A stretch of 64,000 nt of DNA, taken from positions 150,439 to 214,438 of the forward strand of contig CAYXUL010000001.1 of the NCBI GenBank assembly GCA_964468475.1, given 5' to 3'. The position numbers and the translations under genes are program-made. Positions 36,366 to 43,812 of the stretch are shown here, piece after piece; position 1 is the stretch's first letter, and the number at the start of each line of letters is the position of its first letter. Source of the DNA: an uncultured Ignavibacteria bacterium (GTDB taxonomy: Bacteria; Zixibacteria; MSB-5A5; CAIYYT01). Below the pieces are notes generated by a model. That model searched no databases and was not told the DNA's origin. It was given only the letters and a program-made list of their open reading frames with translations.

Positions 36366-37229
36366 TCATCCCCCCGACGTGTCCGTCGAGTTATCATCGG
36401 AATAAAAACACTTCTCTGGTTTGCTGTTAGCGTCGCCGGATACTTTTTTGGTTAACAGCATTTCTTCATACTCACAAATAACCTCGAACCCGACGCGTGC
36501 ATACGTTGCCCGCGCAGCTTCATTATCTCGACCTACGTTCAAACCGATCAGATCGATACCATCACGACGTAACTGGTGACACACATGAAGCGTCAGCCCT
36601 TTAGCCAACCCTCGACCTCTATACTCAGGCGCAGTCGCAATGTTCCCCAGCGCCGCAACGCGATACTTCCGCGAGACGACATGCACACCTGCCACCGCGA
36701 TTAGTGCGCGACCTTCACGGATTCCATAATAGTAACCCGCCGTCATCATCTGTGGCTCAAACCAGTGTTCGGGATAGACGTGGTCGTAGAAATGCTGTAA
36801 TTCGGTTGCGTCAGCAGCGCCCAGTTCAGTTGGTGGGGGCAAAGATGCCTCCTGGATCTCAACATGGTTTTGCAGAGTCATCTTAAGACAGCGACTCCGC
36901 CTGCTGCAATCATATTCAGACACTAGAGATTCAATATGATCGTGCTGCAGATGGGCATAAACTCGATCCGGCAGGATGGAGCCCAGTTTGGACAGCAAGT
37001 TCCGGGAAGCAGCCATATTCGTTCTATCGACAGAAATTAACGTCGGCAGGGACAAACCGGTAAAGTAAAGCGCGGTCGCCTCCAGTTTGCCGTTGCTTTC
37101 CCAGCCGAACCAGCGAGTGTTGGGCCAATAGAAATCGCCGAGATCACCCAGCTGGTAGACATTCAAGTCACGATCGCGCAGAAGATAATCAGCAATTCTT
37201 TCGCGATCCTGTAGCTCGAGTTCCGGCAC
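36366..37229 (-). CDS. GNAT family N-acetyltransferase
   Basis: ALGNIATAPEYRGRGLAKGLTLHVCHQLRRDGIDLIGLNVGRDNEAARATYARVGFEV is the Q/RxxGxG/A acetyl-CoA motif. Confidence 0.8.
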   Translation of the reverse strand: MPELELQDRERIADYLLRDRDLNVYQLGDLGDFYWPNTRWFGWESNGKLEATALYFTGLSLPTLISVDRTNMAASRNLLSKLGSILPDRVYAHLQHDHIESLVSEYDCSRRSRCLKMTLQNHVEIQEASLPPPTELGAADATELQHFYDHVYPEHWFEPQMMTAGYYYGIREGRALIAVAGVHVVSRKYRVAALGNIATAPEYRGRGLAKGLTLHVCHQLRRDGIDLIGLNVGRDNEAARATYARVGFEVICEYEEMLLTKKVSGDANSKPEKCFYSDDNSTDTSGG

Positions 37230-37239
37230 GGCTGTCAGC

Positions 37240-37782
37240 CTACTTCACGATATTAAGGACTGCTTTGAACTGCTCACCCCTGGCCACGCGCAGTAATTCG
37301 AAAAGGCACATCTCGGTGGACACTACACCTGCACCTTTTGCCCTCATCCGTTCCAGGCCCAGTTGCTTGTTCTGTGCCGTTCGTGATGAGACGGCGTCAT
37401 AAACAACCTCGACCTGGTAGTCTTGTTCCAGCAGTTGCGAAGCCGTCTGATAAATGCAAACGTGAGTTTCGATTCCGGTAAGTAGCAATTGTCGCCGGTT
37501 CAACTGCTTCAGTGCGTCCACAAAATTGTCGTCGTCACAGCAGCTGAAAGTGTCCTTGACGAGCGGCCGCAGATCGGGCATTAACTGCGCAATATCCGGA
37601 TCAGTGGGCCCGAGCCCTTGCGGGTATTGTTCGGTCCAGAGGATCGGGAGACCGAGGATTTTCGCACCCTTTATCATGCGTTTCAGGTTGGCAAACAGCT
37701 CTTCCCTGTTGTACATAAGTTGCGCGAGCTTTCCCTGCACATCGATCACTACCAGGGCGGTATTTTCCTTCTTCAGTTGCAT
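37240..37782 (-). CDS. Isochorismatase-family cysteine hydrolase
   Basis: ALVVIDVQGKL (catalytic Asp region) and LLLTGIETHVCIYQTA (catalytic Cys). Confidence 0.85.
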   Translation of the reverse strand: MQLKKENTALVVIDVQGKLAQLMYNREELFANLKRMIKGAKILGLPILWTEQYPQGLGPTDPDIAQLMPDLRPLVKDTFSCCDDDNFVDALKQLNRRQLLLTGIETHVCIYQTASQLLEQDYQVEVVYDAVSSRTAQNKQLGLERMRAKGAGVVSTEMCLFELLRVARGEQFKAVLNIVK

Positions 37783-37939
37783 ATGGCTACTCCCGGTTTA
37801 CTTAAGCAGATTCATCCAGGTAATTTAGCTAAGTGAGAAGCAGACGCAAGCTGTAGCTTCAGCCCCCTCCGCAATGCATACTCACCAACTTTGAGCTTAA
37901 ATTCCTCGTTAAGATGTATCCATTAACTCCTTTTTGGAA

Positions 37940-37967
37940 TTGACTTTATCAAAACAGATCGTATACT
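37940..37967 (+). promoter_or_regulatory. Sigma-70-like promoter upstream of the fibre cassette (TTGACT-N16-TATACT)
   Basis: TTGACT lies at 37940-37945 and TATACT at 37962-37967, about 170 nt upstream of the first fibre gene. Confidence 0.5.
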
Positions 37968-37977
37968 GGAACAGGCT

Positions 37978-38010
37978 GATTTCTGATACCCGCAAGGGTC
38001 ATCAGAAATT
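37978..38010 (+). promoter_or_regulatory. 5'-proximal stem-loop with GNRA (GCAA) tetraloop in the fibre-operon leader
   Basis: gatttctgataccc GCAA gggtcatcagaaatt forms about 13 bp with one bulged C. It starts about 4 nt after the predicted TSS. Confidence 0.45.
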
Positions 38011-38137
38011 GCCTGCATCACCAACGATATTACCTAAAGCTAGCGTGAGACCTTCTCGTTGCTCAGTACACCTATATCGCAACAACAGCAATACAGTACG
38101 TGTTTTGAAATGTCGAGATAACTGACGAATAATTCCC

Positions 38138-39883
38138 ATGCGAAGGAGACTACAACAAATGCGACAGCTCAGAGAAACCGACAGAAACTCGCTTGCCATA
38201 ACGATTGCTTTCGTTTTTTGCTTATCGCTCGCACTCAATGCAGCCGTGCCGCCCCTGCTAAGTTACCAGGGACGACTTCAGGACAGTGGCGGCAATCCAC
38301 TGGACGGCACATATGGGATGACATTTACAATCTACGATGCACCGACCGGTGGCAGTATTCTCTGGAGCGAAAGCCAGATCGATGTAGCCGTATCAGGCGG
38401 CTTGTTCGCTACGCAATTGGGAAAAGTTAACCCGCTGCCTGCTTCAGTCTTTGAGACCGAAGATGTTTATCTCGGGATCACAGTTGGAGCCGATCCGGAA
38501 ATGAGCCCGCGCCAGCGGATCGTAACCAGCGCGTACTCGGATCGCGTGCAGACTGTCGACGGTGCCGAAGGTGGCAGGATTGACGGAAACCTGCGGCTCA
38601 CTTATCCGGCGGCGCCGACCGGACCGCCCCTGACAGCCCTGCATCTTGAAACGGAAGATATTGGTTTGACTTCGGGTGCCCTGGAGCAGGATCGCGTTGT
38701 CGTTGAGGCTGCCGACGCTGTGTTAGGGCTCTATAGCAACAATACAGGTGTAACCGGGTCGGGGCTGGCGTTCGGTGAAATCGATGGTGGTAAGTTTTCG
38801 GACAAGTGGGGCATCATTCGTGAAACCTCCGGCTCCGGTAGTGCTCTGGTACTTACTTATGGTAGCAAAGCAAGCATTTCCGCAAATTCTGCGGCTCTCT
38901 GGATAAATTCCAATCGGGAGGTCGGCGTTGGTACCACAGCTCCGGATGCAACCCTGAATATTCAAGGCGGGAGATGGAATTTAGATTCGGGTGAGGGCGA
39001 TTTCAAAGTTGGCAATGATACCTACCGCTTCAAAATCGGTGTTGCCACCGGTGGCGGCGGCGCCGGGATCACCAGGATGCGATCGCAGGGTGGAGCGAAT
39101 GCGCTCGTGCTGGGAGCAGATTCAAGTGACGTGCTCACGGTAAGAAGTAATGGGGTTGCCGTCAACAGCCTTGATCCCACGAACCCCCTGACAGTCTATG
39201 GCTTCGGTACCTCTTCCGGAGCATTCAGCGGTGAAGCCAACGTTGTCACCCGATTCCGTAACAGCGCTCCGGGGGAGTATACGGTCGTTTCACTTGATGC
39301 ACCGTCGGATCAGGCTTCAAGACTCGTATTTTCCAGTAACAATGTCGGTAAAGCTGGATTAACTTACTACAATTTCATCGACAGATTCCTGATTGGTTTC
39401 GACGGATGGTACGAGATTCGCATCGATGAATCCAACCACAATGTCGGCATTGGCCGCAATCCAGACGCCAGCTATCAGCTCGCTGTCGCGGGAGATATGC
39501 GAGCGACCGATATCTGCTACAGCGGCACAATCGGCGCCTGCTCCGACCGTCGTTTCAAGAAGAACATCACTCCCCTTACCGGATCGTTGGATAAGGTCAT
39601 GAGCCTCCGTCCGGTCAATTACGAGTGGCGGCGCGAGGAATTTCCTGATCGCGGCTTCGGCGAAGGCAATAAGATCGGGCTCATCGCTCAGGAAGTCGAA
39701 GATATCGTCCCCGAAGTCGTCAAGAAGCAAGGTGACGGCTACTATTCGGTGGACTATGGACGGCTAACTCCTATATTGATTGGAGCTGTTCAGGAACAGC
39801 AAGCGACAATCAAAGAATTGAAGTCTCAGCTTGCTCAGGCGCTTAAACGTCTCGACGACGTTGAGAGTAAGCTCAGACAATAA
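38138..39883 (+). CDS. Secreted tail-fibre-like protein 1 with C-terminal S74 intramolecular-chaperone domain
   Basis: A signal peptide is present. The shared N-domain is SYQGRLQDSGGNPLDGTYGMTFTIYDAPTGGSILWSE...DPEMSPRQRIVTSAYS. The C-terminus is CSDRRFKKNITPL...IGLIAQEVEDIVPEVV...YSVDYGRLTPILIGAVQEQ, i.e. the SDxRxK autocleavage motif plus chaperone. An alternative start is ATG 38159, downstream of AAGGAG. Confidence 0.8.
   Translation: MRRRLQQMRQLRETDRNSLAITIAFVFCLSLALNAAVPPLLSYQGRLQDSGGNPLDGTYGMTFTIYDAPTGGSILWSESQIDVAVSGGLFATQLGKVNPLPASVFETEDVYLGITVGADPEMSPRQRIVTSAYSDRVQTVDGAEGGRIDGNLRLTYPAAPTGPPLTALHLETEDIGLTSGALEQDRVVVEAADAVLGLYSNNTGVTGSGLAFGEIDGGKFSDKWGIIRETSGSGSALVLTYGSKASISANSAALWINSNREVGVGTTAPDATLNIQGGRWNLDSGEGDFKVGNDTYRFKIGVATGGGGAGITRMRSQGGANALVLGADSSDVLTVRSNGVAVNSLDPTNPLTVYGFGTSSGAFSGEANVVTRFRNSAPGEYTVVSLDAPSDQASRLVFSSNNVGKAGLTYYNFIDRFLIGFDGWYEIRIDESNHNVGIGRNPDASYQLAVAGDMRATDICYSGTIGACSDRRFKKNITPLTGSLDKVMSLRPVNYEWRREEFPDRGFGEGNKIGLIAQEVEDIVPEVVKKQGDGYYSVDYGRLTPILIGAVQEQQATIKELKSQLAQALKRLDDVESKLRQ
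39542..39880 (+). other. Peptidase S74-type intramolecular chaperone autoprocessing domain (fibre 1)
   Basis: S-D-R-R-F-K-K-N-I followed by GLIAQEVE...VDY..L, as in endosialidase and tail-spike chaperone domains. Confidence 0.7.
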
Positions 39884-39902
39884 GAAAGGTGGATATCGTC
39901 CA

Positions 39903-41309
39903 ATGCAATTCTTAAGAAACAAGCCTTACTTTGCCCTGCTATCCATTCTGTTCGTTGCAACGACTTTCAGCAGCGTCATAGCTTCAACCCCGAGTGCGAT
40001 GAACTACCAGGGATACCTCACTGATTCGGGTGGCAAGCCGATCGACGGCAATTTTAACCTTACTTTTAGCATCTATTCCGAGGAAAACGGCGGCACTCTG
40101 TTCTGGCAGGAGACACAAAACGTTGATGTCAGTGATGGATTGTTTGCAGTCATCCTTGGAGACAACACGCCTTTGACAAGTGCTGTCTTCACCACCGAAA
40201 AGGTATACCTCGGCATAGCAGTCGACTCCGATCCGGAGATGTCACCTCGCCAGCGGATCACGACGGCAGCTTTCTCGCATCGCGTGACTACCATCGACGG
40301 TGCTCAGGGTGGCTCGGTTTCAGGGGATGTTGAGGTCCTCGGCAATTTCACCAACGGCAACTATGCATTTCTCAATCAGCTCCGTTTGGGAAGTCCTTCC
40401 CTCTCTGGGAAACTTGACCTGTTTCAGGATGGTTCCAGCAATCCGATTGCTGAACTTCAACCGCACCCAACAGCAGGTGGCGGCGAGTTCAGGATCTATG
40501 ATCCATCCCACGGCCAGTCCGTTTACGCTTCACATGATGTCAGCGCCGGCGGCGGCGGTTTTCTCAGCGTCTACCGTAACGCGGCTTCGACCGTTGGTTT
40601 TGTAGTCGATGGTAACTACAATGGTACCACCTCGCCCAGGGTTATTATTCAGGATGCCAACAGGGCGATGATCTTCGATACTGGCGTTGATGGCGACTCG
40701 GCGGTTATGCTCCCGTACGGGACAATCAATTCAATTGAAACTGCAAATGAGGCCGGTGTGTCGGAGGCGGCGGAATACATCGATCTCACGCTGGATGACA
40801 CGTTTTCGACCCCTCAGACTCTGATATCTCAGTCTATAGACTGTCCCCGATCTGGCTACGTGTTGGCGTTAGGATCCGCGAGCGTTTACTTTCACAATAG
40901 TAGTGGCATCTGGGCAGACGTTGATTTTGGCTTGAGCACAAATTCGAGCATACTGCAGACATACAAATACACTTACAGGCACCATTCACCGATTGCTACC
41001 GGCGAGGAGCAGATACCGATTACGATTCACCGAGTCTTTCAGGTGAGTGAAGGACAAAAAGTGATCAATTTCCTGGCAAAGACCCAGGGCCTCATAGATG
41101 TGACAATCCTGAATGCACAGATAAGCCTGATTTATCTCCCTACCTGGTATGGTCCACGCACACCCGGGGCGCAAGACTCTCAGCAGGATATCGATCAGCT
41201 GGTAGACGAACGTGTGAAGGAAGAAACCGCGCGACTGGAAAAGCAATTCGAACGGCGTTTGCGAGAAGTTGAGACGGCAATCCAGGAGCAGCAGGGAGCG
41301 ACAGACTAA
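39903..41309 (+). CDS. Secreted tail-fibre-like protein 2 (shared N-domain, no S74 domain, C-terminal coiled coil)
   Basis: The ATG at 39903 follows AAGGTGGA. The sequence is MQFLRNKPYFALLSILFVATTFSSVIA/STPSAMNYQGYLTDSGGKPIDGNFNLTFSIYSEENGGTLFWQE...DPEMSPRQRITTAAFS. The C-terminus is IDQLVDERVKEETARLEKQFERRLREVETAIQEQQ. Confidence 0.75.
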   Translation: MQFLRNKPYFALLSILFVATTFSSVIASTPSAMNYQGYLTDSGGKPIDGNFNLTFSIYSEENGGTLFWQETQNVDVSDGLFAVILGDNTPLTSAVFTTEKVYLGIAVDSDPEMSPRQRITTAAFSHRVTTIDGAQGGSVSGDVEVLGNFTNGNYAFLNQLRLGSPSLSGKLDLFQDGSSNPIAELQPHPTAGGGEFRIYDPSHGQSVYASHDVSAGGGGFLSVYRNAASTVGFVVDGNYNGTTSPRVIIQDANRAMIFDTGVDGDSAVMLPYGTINSIETANEAGVSEAAEYIDLTLDDTFSTPQTLISQSIDCPRSGYVLALGSASVYFHNSSGIWADVDFGLSTNSSILQTYKYTYRHHSPIATGEEQIPITIHRVFQVSEGQKVINFLAKTQGLIDVTILNAQISLIYLPTWYGPRTPGAQDSQQDIDQLVDERVKEETARLEKQFERRLREVETAIQEQQGATD

Positions 41310-41403
41310 GATACACTTCCCGGACACAGGCGCGATCGTAAGATGGTTGACAAAAATATAACTATAATATGGACTAATAGAATCTATTTGGAGGGCTATA
41401 AGA

Positions 41404-42963
41404 ATGTATTTGGTAAAACAAAATCAAAGGTGCATTTCCGGCTTTGCGCTGCTGGCGCTAACCCTGTTTTCTTTTCCCGTTTTTGCCACCCCACAGGGAA
41501 TTAGTTATCAGGGGCGGCTCACTGACTCGGGTGGCAGCCCGCTCACAGGCACATACAATCTGAACTTTGGTATATACACTACCCCGAGCGGGGGGGCTCC
41601 GCAGTGGAGTGAGGACCACGTCAGCGTAAATGTTGATGGCGGCATATTCACGGTGATCCTGGGTACAATGACCCCTTTTCCGGCAGGTCTTTTTCAAGAC
41701 GGCGATTTGTTCCTGGGGATCAGCATTGACGGTGGCGCGGAAGCAAACCCGCGGCAACAGCTTCTCTCAGTTCCTTTCGCTCAAACCGTCGAAACGATTG
41801 ACGGCAGTTCCGGAGGAACGATTCAGGGTCAGGTTTCGATCCCTGATGGTCTGATTGTGGGAATTGGTGACATGGTGGGCGACAGCGCCGGCGTGGCAAT
41901 CGGGCACTCAAATAGTGCCAGCGGGGTGTATTCATCGGTAGCGGGCGGGGAAGAAAATGAGGCGACCGGGCGTAACTCGTTCGTTGGCAGTGGAATTCAA
42001 AATTCGGCAAGCGGCGTAAACTCAGCCCTGTTGGGTGGCAATCAAAACAGAACTTCCGGTGAGCTTTCGTTTATCGGTGGGGGTTCCCATGTACAGGCGG
42101 ACGGCCTGGAATCAGTGATTGCAGGTGGATTCTATAATGGAGCGCAAGGTGAACAAGCGGCAGTCCTCGGGGGTTCCTTTAACCATGCTGATGGGGTGGT
42201 GTCAGCAATTGGAGGGGGAAGTACCAATCAGATAAGTGCTGACTACTCCGTGATTTCAGGCGGAATCTTCAATGAATGCCGTGATCAATACGGCGCGGTC
42301 GTGGGAGGTGGAGAGAACATCAATTATGGGTCCTACAGCACCATCCTCGGCGGCTTCGGTTGTCAAATACGAGATACAACCTCAATCCAGTCAAGCTACT
42401 CGATGGCATTCGGGCACAACGTTGTACTTGCAGGTGTCACCGATGTCGTAGGACTTTTTGATGGTGAAAACTCAGGCCTGTTGGCCATCAATCACGATAC
42501 CGATGACGGTCCGATTTCCTACCCGATAGAGGTCGGCACCAACTCCGCCAACGGCAACGGCGCTCACCTGACCGCAGGCGGCGTCTGGACAAACGCTTCC
42601 AGCAAGGAGTTTAAGGAAAACTACACTCCCCTCGACCGGCAGGAGTTGTTTGAGAAGATCAAGTCTCTGAATATCGAGGGTTGGAATTACCGCAGTAGTG
42701 AAGAATACCATATCGGCCCTTACGCCGAAGAGTTCGTGAAGGCCTTCGACGTGGGCACGATCGACGAACAGACCGGAGAGCGAGTTAACACCTACCTCGC
42801 CGCCGGTGATGTAGCGGGCGTCGCATTGGCTGGAGTCAAAGGCCTGCTGGCCGAAAACGCTCGCCTGAAGGAGCAGCTGGCGCTAAACAGAAGCCAGACT
42901 GAAGATCTCCGGAAACGAGTAAAAAAGCTGGAGCAAGCTCTTGAAATACTTGCGAAAAATTAA
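41404..42963 (+). CDS. Secreted tail-fibre-like protein 3: shared N-domain + ~14-residue beta-roll repeats + S74 chaperone domain
   Basis: The shared N-domain is ISYQGRLTDSGGSPLTGTYNLNFGIYTTPSGGAPQWSE. Repeats of the form SxxxGGxxNxAxG run from about 41900 to 42360. The C-terminus is ASSKEFKENYTPLDRQELFEKIKSLNIEGWNY...LAAGDVAGVALAGVKGLLAEN. Confidence 0.8.
   Translation: MYLVKQNQRCISGFALLALTLFSFPVFATPQGISYQGRLTDSGGSPLTGTYNLNFGIYTTPSGGAPQWSEDHVSVNVDGGIFTVILGTMTPFPAGLFQDGDLFLGISIDGGAEANPRQQLLSVPFAQTVETIDGSSGGTIQGQVSIPDGLIVGIGDMVGDSAGVAIGHSNSASGVYSSVAGGEENEATGRNSFVGSGIQNSASGVNSALLGGNQNRTSGELSFIGGGSHVQADGLESVIAGGFYNGAQGEQAAVLGGSFNHADGVVSAIGGGSTNQISADYSVISGGIFNECRDQYGAVVGGGENINYGSYSTILGGFGCQIRDTTSIQSSYSMAFGHNVVLAGVTDVVGLFDGENSGLLAINHDTDDGPISYPIEVGTNSANGNGAHLTAGGVWTNASSKEFKENYTPLDRQELFEKIKSLNIEGWNYRSSEEYHIGPYAEEFVKAFDVGTIDEQTGERVNTYLAAGDVAGVALAGVKGLLAENARLKEQLALNRSQTEDLRKRVKKLEQALEILAKN
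42598..42960 (+). other. S74-type intramolecular chaperone domain (fibre 3, variant SSKEFK cleavage motif)
   Basis: SSKEFKEN replaces SDRRFKKN. The downstream chaperone pattern is conserved. Confidence 0.6.
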
Positions 42964-43003
42964 GCGTGAACTATATTTACCTATAATCAAGGAGATCCCA
43001 CAC

Positions 43004-43651
43004 ATGAAAGTTACTCGCCTGCCTCTCATAGCGGCGTTTTCCTTTTCCGTTCTCTTGATCCTGTCTGCTTCGGTAACTGCTGCGAAGAAGGACAAACTCG
43101 CGGCTAAGGAAAAGAAGGCGACGACTACTCAAGCAGAAGCTCACAAGAGTTCGTCGTCCGTCAAAGCTGCACCTCGTACTTCGGCAACTAATACCGGCGC
43201 TACCAATTTGCCCGGAACCCCGACCGGGCCCATAGATGGCAGCAATCTGCTGCCAAGCTCACCTCAGACCGGCGAGCAAATCAACTGGGATGTCATCTCC
43301 TCGGGGGGCGGCCCGATGACTTCGACTAATTTCATGCTGGACGGGACAATTGGTCAGACGGTAGCAGGTCCTTCCAGTTCAACGAACTTCGTGCTCAACA
43401 GCGGCTACTGGCAGAATTTTGGTACCGGCCCGAGTTACGTCTGCGGAGACGCGGACGGTGACGGCCAGGTTATCATTTCAGACGCGGTATATTTAATAAA
43501 CTACATCTTCGCCGGCGGCCCGGCCCCCGATCCGCTCGTCAGCGGCGATGTCGATTGTGACGGCGTGCCAATCATTTCTGACGCCGTTTATATCGTCAAC
43601 TACATCTTTGCCGGCGGCCCGGCGCCGTGCGCAGCGTGCCCGCAGACGTAA
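43004..43651 (+). CDS. Small secreted protein with twin dockerin-like C-terminal module
   Basis: AAGGAG lies 9 nt upstream of ATG 43004. The signal peptide is MKVTRLPLIAAFSFSVLLILSASVTA. A low-complexity linker follows, then STNFMLDGTIGQTVAGPSSSTNFVLNSGYWQNF. The twin module spans 43445-43648. Confidence 0.75.
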   Translation: MKVTRLPLIAAFSFSVLLILSASVTAAKKDKLAAKEKKATTTQAEAHKSSSSVKAAPRTSATNTGATNLPGTPTGPIDGSNLLPSSPQTGEQINWDVISSGGGPMTSTNFMLDGTIGQTVAGPSSSTNFVLNSGYWQNFGTGPSYVCGDADGDGQVIISDAVYLINYIFAGGPAPDPLVSGDVDCDGVPIISDAVYIVNYIFAGGPAPCAACPQT

Positions 43652-43747
43652 CGCCAGGCAACGGAATTTTCAGCTGGACGACTCGGAGTCGACTAAGCAG
43701 GCATCCGGCGATCGGACCGAAAAAAGTCAAAATCAACCGACAGCCTC

Positions 43748-43775
43748 TTGACAAAAGGCTGTCGGTTCGTATTAT
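43748..43775 (+). promoter_or_regulatory. Sigma-70-like promoter for rplM-rpsI (TTGACA-N16-TATTAT), -35 box in the loop of a hairpin
   Basis: TTGACA lies at 43748-43753 and TATTAT at 43770-43775. The hairpin pairs aaccgacagcc (43735-43745) with ggctgtcggtt (43757-43767). Confidence 0.55.
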
Positions 43776-43812
43776 ACGGGTCTTGTATTTTCGATTTGCG
43801 TAGGAGAACTGT

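Noticed and set aside
41310-41403. A TTGACA ... TATAAT pair between fibre genes 2 and 3, considered as an internal promoter.
   Set aside because: The spacer between the hexamers is only 10 nt, and the alternative -10 choices are poor.
37940-43651. Interpretation of the tail-fibre-like cassette as a prophage or tailocin remnant.
   Set aside because: There is no capsid, portal, terminase, sheath/tube, baseplate, lysis or integrase gene anywhere in the 64 kb. All three proteins have Sec signal peptides. The flanks are metabolic and ribosomal genes with no att-like repeats.
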